From an uncultured Candidatus Rokubacteria bacterium (GTDB lineage Bacteria > Methylomirabilota > Methylomirabilia > Rokubacteriales > CSP1-6): a stretch of DNA of 64,000 nucleotides. Made by a program: the position numbers and the translations under genes. Positions 10,275-20,068 of this stretch are shown one piece after another; the stretch's first letter is position 1; every line of letters starts with the position of its first letter. The stretch is from assembly GCA_963789955.1 (NCBI GenBank), contig CAWBMV010000037.1, positions 1 through 64,000 of the forward strand. The letters are read 5' to 3'. A model generated the notes under the pieces. That model worked only from the letters and a program-made list of their open reading frames with translations. It had not been told where the DNA came from and searched no databases.

Positions 10275-11702
10275 ATGTCCGACCCGAATAGGCCGCTGTG
10301 GCAGTGGAGCGCTTGCGATCTGACCGAAGCCATCGCGGCGCGCAAGGTGACGGCCGTCGAGGCCGTGGGCGCCGCGGTGGCCCGCATGCGCGCCACCAAC
10401 GGCAAGATCAATGCGGTCGTGGACGATCTCGGCGACGCCGCGCTACGCGAGGCCGAGGCGCACGACAAGGCGATGCGGGCCGGCGGTCCGATCGGGCCGC
10501 TGCATGGCGTCCCGATCACGATCAAGGAGAACGTGGATCAGAAGGGGTGCGCGACGCCCAACGGCGTCGTCGCCTTCAAGGACGTGATCGCGCCGGACGA
10601 TGCACCCGTGGTGCGAAACCTTCGCCAAGCTGGGGCCATCATCATCGGACGTACCAACACGCCGGAGTTCTCCTTCCGTGGGACCACGGTGAACGAGCTG
10701 CACGGCCGCACCTTCAATCCCTGGAACGACACCGCCTCGGCCGGCGGCTCATCGGGCGGCGCAGCAGCGGGCGTGATGATGGGCTACGGCCCGATCGCGC
10801 ACGGCAACGACATTGGCGGCTCGCTTCGCTTCCCGGCCTACGCTTGTGGCGCGGCCACGGTGAAGCCGGGTCTCGGCCGGGTGCCGGCCTACAACCCGTC
10901 CGCCGCTGTCGAGCGCGGCATGCTGGCGCAGGTGATGTCCGTGCAGGGCGTGATCTGCCGCGAGGTCCGCGACGTGCGCCTGGCCATGCGCTCGCTCGTC
11001 GGCTACGACCCGCGCGATCCGTGGCAGGTGCCGATGCCGTTCGACGGAACACCCGAGGCGAGACCCATCAAGGTCGCCTTCACGCGAAACACCTTCGACT
11101 TTCCCCTGCACCCGGCGGTCGCCAAGGCGCTCGACACCGCGCGCGCCGCGCTAGCCAGTGCGGGGTACGAAGTGCGCGAGGTCGAGCCGCCGCTCCTAAA
11201 GGAGGCCGCGGTCACGGGCGCGCGCTGCCTCTTCGGCGAGGCCAAGGCGCTGATGGACGCCGACGTGCGCAAGTACGGATCGAAGACCGTCGTTGCAATC
11301 TTCGACGAGTACTACCGTTACTTCCAGCCGTTCGAGGGCATCGAGTACCTCAAGGCGATCGCCGACCGCAACCGCTTCATCCGCGCGTGGACCACGTTCC
11401 TGGCCGACTATCCGCTGGTACTCACCCCGTTCCTGCCGGCACCGATCTTCACCTGGAACCGCGACGAGCAGGGCGCCGAGGGCGTGCGCGAAGTGCTGGG
11501 CAGCGCGCTCTACAGCTACGCGATGAACTTCATGGGCCTGCCCGCCGCCATCGTGCCCGCGAACGAAAACGGGGGCCAGCCGGTTGGCGTGCAGATCGTC
11601 GGCCGTCGCTTCCGCGAGGACATGATCCTCGACGCCGCGGAAGCGGTGGAGCGGGCCGTCGGCGTGATGGCCGAGCGGCTCTGGCGTCAGCTCAGAGCGT
11701 AA
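10275..11702 (+). CDS. Amidase
   Basis: GPLHGVPITIKE, GRTNTPEF, GGSSGGAAA, GNDIGGSLRFPA. Confidence 0.93.
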   Translation: MSDPNRPLWQWSACDLTEAIAARKVTAVEAVGAAVARMRATNGKINAVVDDLGDAALREAEAHDKAMRAGGPIGPLHGVPITIKENVDQKGCATPNGVVAFKDVIAPDDAPVVRNLRQAGAIIIGRTNTPEFSFRGTTVNELHGRTFNPWNDTASAGGSSGGAAAGVMMGYGPIAHGNDIGGSLRFPAYACGAATVKPGLGRVPAYNPSAAVERGMLAQVMSVQGVICREVRDVRLAMRSLVGYDPRDPWQVPMPFDGTPEARPIKVAFTRNTFDFPLHPAVAKALDTARAALASAGYEVREVEPPLLKEAAVTGARCLFGEAKALMDADVRKYGSKTVVAIFDEYYRYFQPFEGIEYLKAIADRNRFIRAWTTFLADYPLVLTPFLPAPIFTWNRDEQGAEGVREVLGSALYSYAMNFMGLPAAIVPANENGGQPVGVQIVGRRFREDMILDAAEAVERAVGVMAERLWRQLRA

Positions 11703-11721
11703 GAGCCAACGGCGCCGCGGC

Positions 11722-12801
11722 TCAGCCGGCCTTGTACTTCTTGAGGGCGTCCGGGGTCAGCATCAGGCCGTGGCCCGGGCGCTCGGGCACCCGGAACCAG
11801 CCGTTCTCGCACTTCGGGAGATCGACGAAGAGATCGTCGGGTGCCCAGTTCATGTACTCCACCAGAAACGCGTTGGGCAGCGCGGCGGCGACGTGCAGTG
11901 AGATCTCGTGCACGACGTGCGGCGAGACCGTCAGGCCGTGGGCGGCGGCGAGGTGGCCGATCTTCAGGGTCTCGCTGAACCCGTTGGCCCGGCAGACGTC
12001 GGGCATGAGATAGCGCGCGGCGCGCCGCTCGCACAGTTCCTTGAACTCGAAGCGGGTGTAGTGGTTCTCGCCCGTGGCGACCGGCGTCTTGATGGAGCGC
12101 GCCACCTCGGCCAGGCCCGCATAGTCGTCGGCGAGCACGGGCTCCTCGTACCAGACGAGGTCGAGGTGCTCGAGCATCTGGGCCTGCTTGATGGTGGCGA
12201 GCACGTCGAGCTTCTGGTTGACGTCGACCATCAACCGCACGCCGTCGCCCAGCGCCTTCTTGACGGCCTCCACGCGCGCCACATTCTTGCGCGGGTCGGG
12301 GTCGTGGATCTTCATCTTGTAGTAGCGGCAGCCGTGGCCGGTGTAGAAGCGTCCCTCGGCGATGATGTCGTCGACGGCGTAGTTGGCCCAGCCGCCGCTC
12401 CCGTACGCCTCGACGCGATCCGTCACCGCACCCCACATGCGGAACAGCGGCTGGCCGGCGATCTTCCCGACGAGATCCCACAGCGCGATGTCGAGCGCGG
12501 CCACGCCGTAGCCGGCCAGGCCCACCCGGCGGATGCCGCGGTCGGCGCGGAACATCTTCTCCCACAGCTTGCCGACCATCCGGGGATCCTCGCCGATGAG
12601 CAGCGGCTTGAGGCGCGTCTCGAGATAGACCTGGATCGCCTCGGCACCACCGCCGCCGAACGCCAGCGTGTAGCCGAAGCCTCGCACGCCTTCGTCGGTG
12701 TCGATGAACGCCGCCACCATGCGGTGGTCCTTGAACTCCAGCGACATGGGCCGAGGACAGGGCACGTGCAGGACAGCGGTGTCGATATTCGTGACTTTCA
12801 T
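11722..12801 (-). CDS. Mandelate racemase / muconate lactonizing enzyme family
   Basis: DIALWDL, KMK, MVDVNQ, WYEEP, ATGEN, SPH. Confidence 0.92.
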   Translation of the reverse strand: MKVTNIDTAVLHVPCPRPMSLEFKDHRMVAAFIDTDEGVRGFGYTLAFGGGGAEAIQVYLETRLKPLLIGEDPRMVGKLWEKMFRADRGIRRVGLAGYGVAALDIALWDLVGKIAGQPLFRMWGAVTDRVEAYGSGGWANYAVDDIIAEGRFYTGHGCRYYKMKIHDPDPRKNVARVEAVKKALGDGVRLMVDVNQKLDVLATIKQAQMLEHLDLVWYEEPVLADDYAGLAEVARSIKTPVATGENHYTRFEFKELCERRAARYLMPDVCRANGFSETLKIGHLAAAHGLTVSPHVVHEISLHVAAALPNAFLVEYMNWAPDDLFVDLPKCENGWFRVPERPGHGLMLTPDALKKYKAG

Positions 12802-12874
12802 GGCTCGCGAGCATGCCACATTCGGTGCCCATCTTGAAGGGGCGCGGGGCCTCGCGTTGGTTTAGCATTCGGCC

Positions 12875-13372
12875 ATGGCGATCTACCACGTACACTTCGT
12901 CTGCGCGGCGGACTACATGGCTCGCCGCCTGCCGTTCCGACCCGCCCACCTCAAGCAGCTTGTGAGCCTCCGCGATGACAGGCGCGTGGTGGCGGGCGGC
13001 CCGGAGCCGGATGGCAGCGCCGCGAACATCTTCTATCGCGTCGTCGACCGCGCTGAGCTCGACCGCCTGCTCGCCGAGAACGAGTTCAACCGCGCCGGAC
13101 TCTTCACCGCCAATCGCCCGCGCGTCTTCGCCGATTTCATCGAGCCGCGTGAGCTACCACCAATCGACACCGAGCTCAGCGCAATCATCGTGGAAGGCAC
13201 ACCGGGTGATCGCGCGAAGCCCGCGCCGGGCTCATTGGACTTCAGCGGGAAGGACGCGTGGCGTTTGGAGGCTTCTTCGAGGACGGCGCCGCGCTGGCAG
13301 TCGTCAGGTCAGGCAGCCAGGACGAGGCGCTCGCGTGGCTGGCCCGTGCCGGCTGGGACCCTGCGCGTCTGA
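12875..13372 (+). CDS. YciI-like protein; 3' part probably frameshifted
   Basis: RRLPFRPAHL...VVAGGP YciI pattern; the translated tail loses protein-like character. Confidence 0.65.
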   Translation: MAIYHVHFVCAADYMARRLPFRPAHLKQLVSLRDDRRVVAGGPEPDGSAANIFYRVVDRAELDRLLAENEFNRAGLFTANRPRVFADFIEPRELPPIDTELSAIIVEGTPGDRAKPAPGSLDFSGKDAWRLEASSRTAPRWQSSGQAARTRRSRGWPVPAGTLRV

Positions 13373-13619
13373 TCGGACGGGATTGGAGCCAGACCCTCTG
13401 ATACTCGACGCCGCGGAAGCGGTGGCGCGGGGGTACTCGTCGACCGTCTTAAGTTCCTCTTAACTCGGCTCGAGTCAACATACCTGTAGCGCAGTTAAGA
13501 TTCGAGTGCACAACCGTGGCAAGCTTGCTCGGTAGATTCAACCTGGATCGAGCCGGACACGGCGCCCGTCTCCTCTCAAATCGCTGAAAACTCAGCCTCT
13601 GCTCGCCGGCACGGGGTTT

Positions 13620-13694
13620 GCCAGATTCACCGGAGTCTCGACGCCCGAGAGCGTCAAACAGGTGAGGCCAGGGTGCAGGCAAGTAAGGGTAGCA
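13620..13694 (-). promoter_or_regulatory. Extended -10 promoter plus structured leader motif, copy B
   Basis: Minus strand TGCTACCCT-N5-GCCTGCACC..TCACC..GACGCTCTCGGGCGTC..GGTGAATCTGGC, near-identical to copies at 18365 and 42993. Confidence 0.75.
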
Positions 13695-13745
13695 CCGGCG
13701 CGGTGCGGGCGGCTGGAGCGTACACGGAGCGCCGCCCGGGCGCGG

Positions 13746-14828
13746 CTAGGAAGAACGGTCGGAGCGGAAGGTCTCCCGGCGTTGGTTGCAATTGGCGCAG
13801 GTGCCTTGGTGGCTGGAGATCCCGAACTCATCCAGATATCTGGCAACGTCCAGGGCCGACTCGAAATACATCTCGCTGAGACAGTTTAGACAGTACGCGC
13901 CGCGAGAGGCGCCGCGAGTCGACAGGCCGTCCAGAAACAATTGGAACTGATGCCTCATCACTCGTCCCTCGATATGGGGAGAAGCGATGGAAGTGCCAGC
14001 CGTGGTTAGCGAGTCCCGCGTCGACGTGAGCAGCACGCACATGCAGCCGGTCCCGCTCCAGACAAATTGATCCCCGGTGCCGGGCTCCGCGCGGTTGTAA
14101 TCCCCCGGATAAAGTTTCCGATCCTCGATCATCAGCTCGCCATGAAGCAAATACAACTCTTCGATGCCGGCATGGGTGTGAGGAGGATAGGCGACTCCCG
14201 GTGCGAGCGATACGAGCATGCTCACTCGATCTTGCTCACTGTCCGTCGCGAGCAGTTTGCAGGAGATGCCAGGCGCGACCTCTTCCCATTCGGGTCCCGC
14301 CCGCCATTCGGGCGCTGGCACCAACGGCTCCTCCCCCGTCTCCGCTGCGATACGTCGCGCAAGGGCTTCCCATAGCGAAGGAGACGGGCTCAGCGTATCG
14401 GCCGGCGACGAAACGAGGACGTCGATAGTCGGGGGCAACGACGTTCGCTGTTCACATCGCCGCCGATCAATTGCTCTGGACCGTGCCAGGTTCATGATCC
14501 ATCCGACGACCGAGCCGCTCGTAGGATCGTACGTCGACGCTGTTCGCCACACATCGTGGAGGACGTCGAGCGTCAATTCCTCGGCGGTTTCCCAATTGCC
14601 GAGGATCCGCATGGTCCACGTGAAGACGACGCCGTACGTTTGCGTGTACAGCGCATGCAGCGCGAGTTGATCGCGTTCGGCAATGGACTGGACGAGCCCG
14701 ACCCACGTGTCCTCGGATACAGGCACCTGCGCATTGTTGGCGTAGAGCACATCGCCGAGGGTTTGAGGCTGGGAGTCGCGCCGATTCACGACCAGAGAAT
14801 GGCGCCACAGACCCGCTTGCGTCAACAC
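13746..14828 (-). CDS. Fusion of ECF sigma-70 region 2, ChrR-like cupin and a Cys4 zinc-finger-like tail; start uncertain
   Basis: DQLALHALY..TAEELTLDV..VW..WIMNLARSRAIDRRR (sigma 2); YPPHTHAGIEELYLLHGEL (cupin); YCLNCL...CANC; no sigma 4. Confidence 0.8.
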   Translation of the reverse strand: MLTQAGLWRHSLVVNRRDSQPQTLGDVLYANNAQVPVSEDTWVGLVQSIAERDQLALHALYTQTYGVVFTWTMRILGNWETAEELTLDVLHDVWRTASTYDPTSGSVVGWIMNLARSRAIDRRRCEQRTSLPPTIDVLVSSPADTLSPSPSLWEALARRIAAETGEEPLVPAPEWRAGPEWEEVAPGISCKLLATDSEQDRVSMLVSLAPGVAYPPHTHAGIEELYLLHGELMIEDRKLYPGDYNRAEPGTGDQFVWSGTGCMCVLLTSTRDSLTTAGTSIASPHIEGRVMRHQFQLFLDGLSTRGASRGAYCLNCLSEMYFESALDVARYLDEFGISSHQGTCANCNQRRETFRSDRSS

Positions 14829-14947
14829 ATACCGGCTTACGATTGGCGCTGCGGCTTGACTCCGGTAAAGACCTGAGACTCACCTCCCGTTCCTTCTTCG
14901 GCAGCAGTCGCCGGTATCGTTCGGTGTGCAGGGCGGCGGGCTTTCCC

Positions 14948-15010
14948 TCACAGCAGCTTGTCGAGTGTGACCGGAAGATCGCGAACGCGCTTGCCGGTCG
15001 CGTGGTAGAT
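14948..15010 (-). pseudogene. Last 20 codons of a xanthine-dehydrogenase-family molybdopterin-binding subunit
   Basis: Translates IYHATGKRVRDLPVTLDKLL*, the typical C-terminus of YagR/PaoC-like subunits. Confidence 0.75.
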
Positions 15011-15057
15011 CGGGGGGCTGTGAAGCGATGAGAAGTAGCGCGCCATGCGATTGTCCG

Positions 15058-15435
15058 CTAGCGGGGAGATCGTTCCGCCCGGGAAAAGCGAATGGCTTCG
15101 TAAAAGGTACGAGCCGCTCGCTTCAAGGCGGCTCCGGTGTCACGGTCCGCCTGGTTCGGCATCTGTTCAAGAACGTCGCCGAGTTCATCGCATCGCTGTC
15201 TCACCGCTTCGGCCTGCTCGCAGCGCAATTCGATTCGATACAGGCGCAGCCAAACGCCCGCGGTCACGGGAGGACTTTGGACAATCAGCCGAAGGGGAAC
15301 CCGCGCCTGATGGCGCAGCTCCCATTCTCCCCATGCCTTGATGGTCCGATACGACTCATCGAGCAATGCCCAAACCGCAGCAGGTTCAATTTCGACGACG
15401 ACGTTGGCGTTCGGATCTCTGCAAGCAATGGTCAT
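15058..15435 (-). CDS. Hypothetical protein, possibly a fragment
   Basis: Open frame with protein-like composition; no recognised motif. Confidence 0.4.
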   Translation of the reverse strand: MTIACRDPNANVVVEIEPAAVWALLDESYRTIKAWGEWELRHQARVPLRLIVQSPPVTAGVWLRLYRIELRCEQAEAVRQRCDELGDVLEQMPNQADRDTGAALKRAARTFYEAIRFSRAERSPR

Positions 15436-15716
15436 CGCATCGCGCCTTTCGATTTAATCGTCGTGCGAGATCGGGTCGCGCGTCAAAAGCCGCATCAATC
15501 GCCTTGGCGCCGGTTCCGGCCTCCAGTGCTGAGCACTGCGAGGGAGCAGGATCAAAGCGAGGCTGGCCTCGATAATCGGCCAGGGGTTCGTGGTGGGAAC
15601 GTTGGCCGTGACACGTATGACCCTTCAAGCAAGCCACGTACGCGGGCTCATGGTCAATCCGCATAATCCCTAAGGAGACACGGATGGGTCTCTCTATGAC
15701 GGCCGATTGAAGAGGC

Positions 15717-16094
15717 TCATGCGCCTTCCTCCCGGACCTTTTTCTGGATGCCCGCGAGGTAGCGGTCCAGCTCGGCCACGCTCTCGAACACGTTCAGCGA
15801 CGGCAAGGCCTGGATGATATCGAAGACCTTGTGGATCTGGGGCTGCAGATTCATCAGCGCCACGTCGCCGCCGGCCGCCTTCATGGCCTTCTTGGCGACC
15901 AGGACCACCCGGACGCCCGCGCTGCTGATGTAGGTAAGGTCCCTCAGGTCGAGGACGAACGCGGTGGCGCCGTCCCTGCGGAGGCCCGCGAGATAGTCCT
16001 CGAGAATCGGGGCCGTGTTGCTGTCCAGCGAGCCAGCGGGTCGAACGATGTGGATCCCTGCGGTTCCCTGCTCGGACACAACCGTTAGTGGCAC
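15717..16094 (-). CDS. STAS-domain anti-sigma factor antagonist
   Basis: GSLDSNTAP, LDLRDLTYISSAGVR phosphorylation motif; overlaps the upstream gene. Confidence 0.92.
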   Translation of the reverse strand: MPLTVVSEQGTAGIHIVRPAGSLDSNTAPILEDYLAGLRRDGATAFVLDLRDLTYISSAGVRVVLVAKKAMKAAGGDVALMNLQPQIHKVFDIIQALPSLNVFESVAELDRYLAGIQKKVREEGA

Positions 16095-18145
16095 GTCGCC
16101 CTCCTGATCCTCTTCGTCAACGTCAGCACGTTGCGCCCGTCGTTCACGCGATAGTCCACTTCGTCCATGAGCCGCTTGATCAGGTAGACGCCCATGCCGC
16201 CCGCGGGGCGCGCCTCCACCGGAACGGTCAGATCCGGCTCGGGGCGCTTCAGCGGATCGAATCCCACCGCGGCGTCCTCCACGGTGATGACGATCGACTC
16301 GCCGGTGGCGCGGAACGCGACGGAGATCGGGCCGTCCGGGCGCTCCCCGTAGCCGTGCCGGATGACGTTGGAGACCGCCTCCTCGAGCGCCAGCGTCAGG
16401 TCGGACACGACCTCTGCGGGCAGGTCGTGCTCGCGGCCGAGACGCGCGACCTCCGCGGCCAGCCGCGGCAGCTCCGAGAGCTGGCTGGCCAGCCGCAGGC
16501 CGGCCGGGCCGCGGCGCAGGACGAGCAGGGCGATGTCGTCGGCCTGGGGAGTGTCGCCCGCGAAGGCCGCCACGCGCGCCAGCACGCGCCCCGCGAGATC
16601 CCGCGCATCGCAGAGGCCGGAGGCGGCCAGCTCGGTCTGCAGGCGGTCCTCCGAGAACAGCTCTTCCCTGGCGTCCAGCGCCTCCGTCACCCCGTCCGTG
16701 TACATGACGAGCACATCACCGGGCTCCAGCGTGGTCGTGCCTTCCCGGTACGCGGCGTCCTCGTCGATCCCGAGCGCGGGCGCGCTGGCAAAGTCGAGGA
16801 ACTCGACGCGGCCGTCGGCGCGCCGCACGGCGGGGGGGTTGTGCCCGGCGTTCGCGTAGGTGATCCGCCCCGAGCCGACGTCCAGGATGCCGCACCACAC
16901 CGTCACGAACATGCACCGGTCGTTGTTGCGGACGGTGTCGCGGTTCACGCGGGTCAGGACGGCGGCCGGCGAGCCGGCTGCCGCCACCGAGGCGCCGAGC
17001 CGCGTCTTGGTGGCCGCCATGAACAGGGCGGCGGGCACGCCCTTGTCGGACACGTCGCCAAGCGTGACGTAGAGGCGGCGCTCGTCCAGCAGCGCGCAGT
17101 CGTAGAAGTCGCCGCCGACCTCGCGCGCGGGCTGCAGCACGCCGTGGATGTCCCAGCCTGGCAGCGCCGGGTACTCGCGGGGGATCGAGCTCATCTGGAT
17201 CTCGCGGGCGATGCGCAGCTCGCTCGCGATCTTCTCCTGCGCGGCCAGACTCGCCTTGAGCGCGGCCGTGCGCAGCCGGACCTGGCGGCGGAGCAGCAGG
17301 TTCATGCCCACGATGAGAACGCTCACCGACGCCGCGCCGCCCACCACCCAGAACGGGTTGAGCCACTTCGGGAACACGAGCGTGCGCACGCCCTCGATCC
17401 ACACGTTCAGCGCGCGGTAGTAGGCGGAACGCTTGTCCGCCTTCAGCGCGCGCAGCTCCCGGTCGAGCGTCTCGAGCAACGGGCCCTGGGTCCCCTTCCG
17501 GGCGGCGAAGCGCAGCTCGGTGGGGCTGAACATGATGGTGGTCTTCTCCACCGCGAACAGCCGCTCGTGATACGCGCCGAAGATGCGCGGCACCAGGGCC
17601 GCCTCCGCGCGCCCCTCGGCCACGAGCCGCAGCGTCTCGCGATAGGAGTCGACCTCGACGAAGGTCGGGAACACCTTCAGGATGTCCTGCGTGCGCTTCA
17701 GCGACTCGTAGTAGACGTCGCCCCGCAGGACCGCCAGCGTCCGACCCGTGAGGTCCAGCAACGAGCGGATCGGGGAGCCCGGCGCTACGTAGACCTGGCC
17801 CCAGTTCACCACCACGGGCTCGCGGCTGAAATCGAACAGCCGGGTCCGCTCCTCTGAGTAGCCGATGGCGACGAGCAGGTCGATCTCGCCGCGCTCCAGC
17901 CGCTGCAGGCACTCGTCCCAGGTCCCCTCCACGTAGCGCAGGGTCCAGCCCTGCTTGCGGGCGATCTCCTTTAGGAGGTCGATGTAGATGCCCTGCGGGG
18001 CGCCGCCGGCGTCGCGGAAGACGAGGGGCTCGTTGGCGTACGTGCCGACGCGGACCGGTCCCGCCGTCTGAGCGGACACGGGGCTGGCGGGGAGGAGGAG
18101 GAGAGCGACGAGCAACCACCTCACAGCAGCATCATAGCCAACCAT
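16085..18145 (-). CDS. Membrane sensor: periplasmic SBP_bac_3 domain, SpoIIE/PP2C phosphatase and RsbW-like HATPase
   Basis: GIYIDLL..TWDECLQRLERGEIDL; VGGDFYD, GDVSDKG, ANAGHNPP, YTDGVTE, DDI; LEEAVSNVIRHGY, GGMGVYLI. Confidence 0.92.
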   Translation of the reverse strand: MVGYDAAVRWLLVALLLLPASPVSAQTAGPVRVGTYANEPLVFRDAGGAPQGIYIDLLKEIARKQGWTLRYVEGTWDECLQRLERGEIDLLVAIGYSEERTRLFDFSREPVVVNWGQVYVAPGSPIRSLLDLTGRTLAVLRGDVYYESLKRTQDILKVFPTFVEVDSYRETLRLVAEGRAEAALVPRIFGAYHERLFAVEKTTIMFSPTELRFAARKGTQGPLLETLDRELRALKADKRSAYYRALNVWIEGVRTLVFPKWLNPFWVVGGAASVSVLIVGMNLLLRRQVRLRTAALKASLAAQEKIASELRIAREIQMSSIPREYPALPGWDIHGVLQPAREVGGDFYDCALLDERRLYVTLGDVSDKGVPAALFMAATKTRLGASVAAAGSPAAVLTRVNRDTVRNNDRCMFVTVWCGILDVGSGRITYANAGHNPPAVRRADGRVEFLDFASAPALGIDEDAAYREGTTTLEPGDVLVMYTDGVTEALDAREELFSEDRLQTELAASGLCDARDLAGRVLARVAAFAGDTPQADDIALLVLRRGPAGLRLASQLSELPRLAAEVARLGREHDLPAEVVSDLTLALEEAVSNVIRHGYGERPDGPISVAFRATGESIVITVEDAAVGFDPLKRPEPDLTVPVEARPAGGMGVYLIKRLMDEVDYRVNDGRNVLTLTKRIRRATCH

Positions 18146-18276
18146 GACACCTCGGCGGGCGCTTCCTCCTTCGGCCGTCGGAATCTCCCGGCCGAACCCG
18201 TCCGAAACCGTTCGCAGGTTTGCGCTCAGGCACGCAGAATGGGGGAAAGTGTTCGCTTAACTGTTGAAAAGATTAA

Positions 18277-18297
18277 TGGTGGAGGGTAAGCGATTCG
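18277..18297 (-). mobile_element. att core: copy of the tRNA-Ala 3' end with one mismatch
   Basis: tggtggagggtaagcgattcg versus tggtggagggtaagggattcg at 55580. Confidence 0.88.
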
Positions 18298-18364
18298 TAG
18301 CTCTTGAGTCTTAAGTAGGGCATACCCTGACCCACTGTACTAGTACATCACCTGGTCCCCTCGG

Positions 18365-18439
18365 TGTTATCCTCGACAAGCCTGCACCTCGGTCTCACCC
18401 GTGGACGCTCTCGGGCGTCGAGACTCCGGTGAATCTGGC
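18365..18439 (+). promoter_or_regulatory. Extended -10 promoter plus structured leader motif, copy A
   Basis: TGTTATCCT-N6-GCCTGCACCTCGGTCTCACCCGTGGACGCTCTCGGGCGTCGAGACTCCGGTGAATCTGGC, upstream of ORF 18500. Confidence 0.75.
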
Positions 18440-18499
18440 GTGGTTCTAGTTGCCCGAGCTGTCAACGGCGACCACCACGACTAGCCGGGAGGCCACCTC

Positions 18500-18754
18500 A
18501 TGACGACTCAAATGACGTTCGACGAGTCGCTACGTATCCTCATCCGAGAAAAATTAGCAAGCGGTGGGCTTGCGCGTAACGGGCTCCGCGGGGCCTCGGG
18601 CGGTCCCGGCAAAGGACAAATCTGTATCGCTTGTGGCACCAGCATTGGAGAGAGCCAGTTCGTCACGGAGGGCATCAGCTCCGGCGAGCACCGCAAGACC
18701 CTCCAGTTCCACGTAGTGTGTTTCTCTATCTGGGATGCAGAGCGAAGAGTGTAA
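18500..18754 (+). CDS. Small putative zinc-binding protein (GGPG..CxxC...FHxxC..W)
   Basis: GGAGG RBS; CIAC and HVVC ligand pairs. Confidence 0.8.
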   Translation: MTTQMTFDESLRILIREKLASGGLARNGLRGASGGPGKGQICIACGTSIGESQFVTEGISSGEHRKTLQFHVVCFSIWDAERRV

Positions 18755-19271
18755 GGGAGTCAAGCCAGGAGCGGTTTCTGCCTTCCCCTGCGTACGCGCC
18801 TAGCCTTCGAGGCTCGGCTTGGTCAGCGCCTGCTTACGCCGCCGCTCGCTTCGTTGCACCATCGAGTCCGCAAAGTATTCGATCCACCAATCCAGTCTAC
18901 TGAAGAGCACCACCAGCCCAATCGCGAGTCCGCTCAGGCCAACGAGAAGGATCAGGGCCGTTTCAATCCCGCTTAGTCCACCCATGACCATTCCTCCTAG
19001 CTCGGGGCTGCCGGGCTCATCCGCCACGAAGGATGCTCAATAGCAGCTTCTAAAGTCTGTTCAAAAGTGCTCACCGTCCGTCGCACACACCCATAGTGAG
19101 CAATTCTGACCAGACATCAGAAACCTGAGTGGACGATCCTCCGGTACAGGGCGCTTCGTCGTGGGAGCCCAGGCATCCAGACGCCTTGAGTCTGGCGTCT
19201 TAGCTGCTACCGACACCTCGGAGGGCGCGCATCAGCTCAGCCTCCGAGTCGCAGGAGCAGGAGGCCGCCTC

Positions 19272-19451
19272 GTGAACAGCCTCGGTACCGGCACCATCGG
19301 GGAGATCATCACGGGCTTCTGCGCCTGGTGCGAAAGCCAGAAGCCCGAGGCCGAGCGCGACCACCGCGAGAACGTCTCGCACGGCATATGTCAGCGGCAC
19401 TTGGTCGAGATGAAAGCCCAGATGGGAGCGCGACCGGAGCCGGCTCGATGA
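19272..19451 (+). CDS. Small putative zinc-binding protein (CAWC...SHGICxxH)
   Basis: AGGAGG RBS before GTG; motif visible; stop overlaps the next ATG. Confidence 0.65.
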   Translation: MNSLGTGTIGEIITGFCAWCESQKPEAERDHRENVSHGICQRHLVEMKAQMGARPEPAR

Positions 19452-19621
19452 TGCGGTGGTGGGCCTTGGCGCTCCTGTCCTCGATCTCGCTCGTCATCGT
19501 CCTGACCGGGTGCGTCCAGCAGCCGCTCGCGTCTTACCGAGATCCTCAAACCGGCAGGCTCTGCTGGGCGCGGCTCGACGCCGACGAAATGCGCTGCACG
19601 ATGCCGAGCCGCACGCCTTGA
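19448..19621 (+). CDS. Small predicted lipoprotein
   Basis: MMRWWALALLSSISLVIVLTGC lipobox; ATGA coupling. Confidence 0.6.
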   Translation: MMRWWALALLSSISLVIVLTGCVQQPLASYRDPQTGRLCWARLDADEMRCTMPSRTP

Positions 19622-19710
19622 AGAAACGCCGGCCGACTGCGAAGGATCAGTTGTGCACTCCTCGGTAGTCGCTCGCTTCTAAGCTGGAATCCAGATCTCC
19701 AGGAGCCGAC

Positions 19711-20004
19711 ATGGAAGCCCAAGCGATTCGAACAAAGCGTGACGACGACGTCGGGCAGTGCATCGAGGCTGCGATCGCGCGGCGGAGGGACGTGTTCGCA
19801 CTCAGCGATGTGGTTTGGACGGCCGACTATGGCTACATCGTGAAGTTTCGCCTGGGCGTCTTCGATGTCGTGAGGACTGCAGTTGAGATGGTCGTGTTCG
19901 AGGAATCCTGGCGCATGGACAGAATGCTCGACGGGGTTCGCCTCACGTTCAAAGCTTTAGCGACTCGCGTGTCGTACGCCGTGGGGGATGCTCCAGGAGC
20001 CTGA
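19711..20004 (+). CDS. Hypothetical protein
   Basis: AGGAG RBS, ATG start, 97 aa. Confidence 0.6.
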   Translation: MEAQAIRTKRDDDVGQCIEAAIARRRDVFALSDVVWTADYGYIVKFRLGVFDVVRTAVEMVVFEESWRMDRMLDGVRLTFKALATRVSYAVGDAPGA

Positions 20005-20068
20005 GCACCTCCACCACCCATTGCATCACCTGCTCCAGGCGGGCGAGTTCTTCACGCTGCTCCGGCGA

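Noticed and set aside
13420..13460. Possible degenerate leftmost att core
   Set aside because: A GC shift occurs here, but similarity to the tRNA 3' end is too weak to call.
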